Shown piece after piece: positions 62,761 to 64,000 of a DNA stretch of 64,000 bases (within the stretch, counting starts at the first letter, position 1; each line of letters starts with the position of its first letter). Made by a program: the position numbers and the translations under genes. A model generated the notes under the pieces. The model was not told the origin of the DNA and ran no database searches. It saw only the letters and a list, made by a program, of their open reading frames with translations. This DNA comes from Lama guanicoe (lineage: Eukaryota), in assembly GCA_013239625.1 (NCBI GenBank), contig MU054400.1, positions 1,223,146 to 1,287,145 of the forward strand, written 5' to 3'.

Positions 62761-64000
62761 GAGATGAGCAGCAAGGGAGGATCTGAAGGCCTGAGCAGAC
62801 ATGATCCTCACTTTACAATATGCAAAGAGAGAGAAGGCTGTGCCTCTTCCCCAAACCTGAAAAATACTACTAGGTCATGAGCTACCTAGATCACTAGGAG
62901 AATCCATGTTTAAAATGAAGAATCATCTTATTACAAGGAAGCAACTTAAGGCTCCCAGACCACAGAATATATGTAGGTCAGTTTTCCACAGTGGCTTCTT
63001 GGTAGCTTTACAATGTTCCCTCTGCACTTTCAGGAGCTGCTGTGGCCACTCACTCAAATAATGTCCTGACCATCCCCATCTCTGAGTGTCAGGAGGCAGG
63101 AGGAGTTTGAAACTCCTTTCCAAGCTCACGTGGTCAAAGGGTCAGAACCTCAGCATTCCTCATCTTCTCCCAAGGAAGTTGTCACTCTTTCTCAGGAACA
63201 CCCTCCATTAATCTCTACTCTTTCTTAACATGTATCTAAAACCTTACAGTAGCTGTTTGAACCCATCCTTCTCCTGGCCACCCAATGAAGAAATCTCACT
63301 TGTCTTTATCCTTAAAGTACCTAGAACTAAGCACTCATGAGCTAAACAAATGAGTTAACAGATAACGTGGGTTTCAGGGAGGCCAGACTAGTTTTTCTCT
63401 CAAGCATACAGAGACCCTGTCTGGTGCCACGTGCCCTTTATTATTATTATTATTATTTTTTGTCTCTGAGAGCACAGGGATTTTGCCTGATCCAATTAAG
63501 TGTTTATAAACTCTATTTGTTTTTTTGGGGGGGGGCATTATTGTGTTTTTTTTTTTTGGTTGGTTGGTTGGTTTGGGTTCCCCCCCCCAGCAAATCTCTT
63601 CCTTTCCAATTGCAGCTGAAGAGAAGACACAGACTGTGAGGCTGTACCAACCAGTCCAGCAGACAGACAATAGGGCAAGAGAACCTATCCCTGCTGCTCA
63701 CATAAACAATAGCCCAAATTCAACCTAGTTGCTCAATAGAGAGCCTTGGACAGCTGAGGTGTCCACAGTGAGGTGTGTGGCTTGGACATAGAACTGACAT
63801 AAAAGGTATGTCTATTCCTGGCACTTTCTTTGGGAAAATCTGTGCTGAGAAACACTCTGGATTGTCTAGGAGATAGACACAGAAGGAGTGAAGCCCTGGG
63901 AGTAGGTCTCTAAGAGGAGCTCTCATTCCTTTCATAAGGAGACAGGAAAAGACCCTGGGGAGCTCTCAGGGATAGGCCCAGGCCTGGGTCAGCTGCTGAG

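Larger units (their letters stand above)
25093..64000 (-). other. FAM219A: FAM219A intron 1 (partial, at least 38.9 kb)
   Basis: No exon 1 or CpG island seen before the window end; the region is repeat-rich with no credible long ORF. Confidence 0.75.

Noticed and set aside
63438..63590. Mixed low-complexity tract ((TTA)n, poly-T, poly-G, (TTGG)n, poly-C)
   Set aside because: Simple repeats; the overlapping ORFs are artefacts.
1..64000. CRISPR arrays, operons, rRNA or other prokaryote-type systems
   Set aside because: The window is spliced mammalian genomic DNA; no repeat-spacer array or such genes were seen.

Overview
This is mammalian genomic DNA, most likely from a camelid (two Vic-1-type tRNA-derived SINEs and camelid-type L1 3' ends). 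It is syntenic with human 9p13.3. Three protein-coding genes lie in tandem on the minus strand. (1) MYORG: non-coding exon 1 with a CpG promoter at ~3.5-4.0 kb, and the first 155 codons at 465..1, running off the window. (2) SPMIP6 (C9orf24/SMRP1/CBE1): complete gene, 6 coding exons giving 262 aa, plus a terminal exon. (3) FAM219A: exons 2-6 and the 3'UTR. Everything from 25,093 to 64,000 appears to be FAM219A intron 1, filled with repeats (full-length Tigger1 nested in an L1MC1, L1, L2, L3, MIR, MLT1, MER5A1, a solo LTR). I found no new multi-gene system. The most interesting signals are in gene architecture: a dual-coding SPMIP6 exon switched by tandem donors 5 nt apart, an internal RFX-box promoter, a 132-nt AG-exclusion zone, a MYORG uORF, alternative starts and a possible in-frame N-terminal extension, a TSD-flanked HMGA1 3'UTR retrocopy, and a near-perfect 175-bp tandem duplication. 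Gene and repeat names come from recognising sequences from memory, not from database searches; repeat boundaries are approximate unless TSDs are given.
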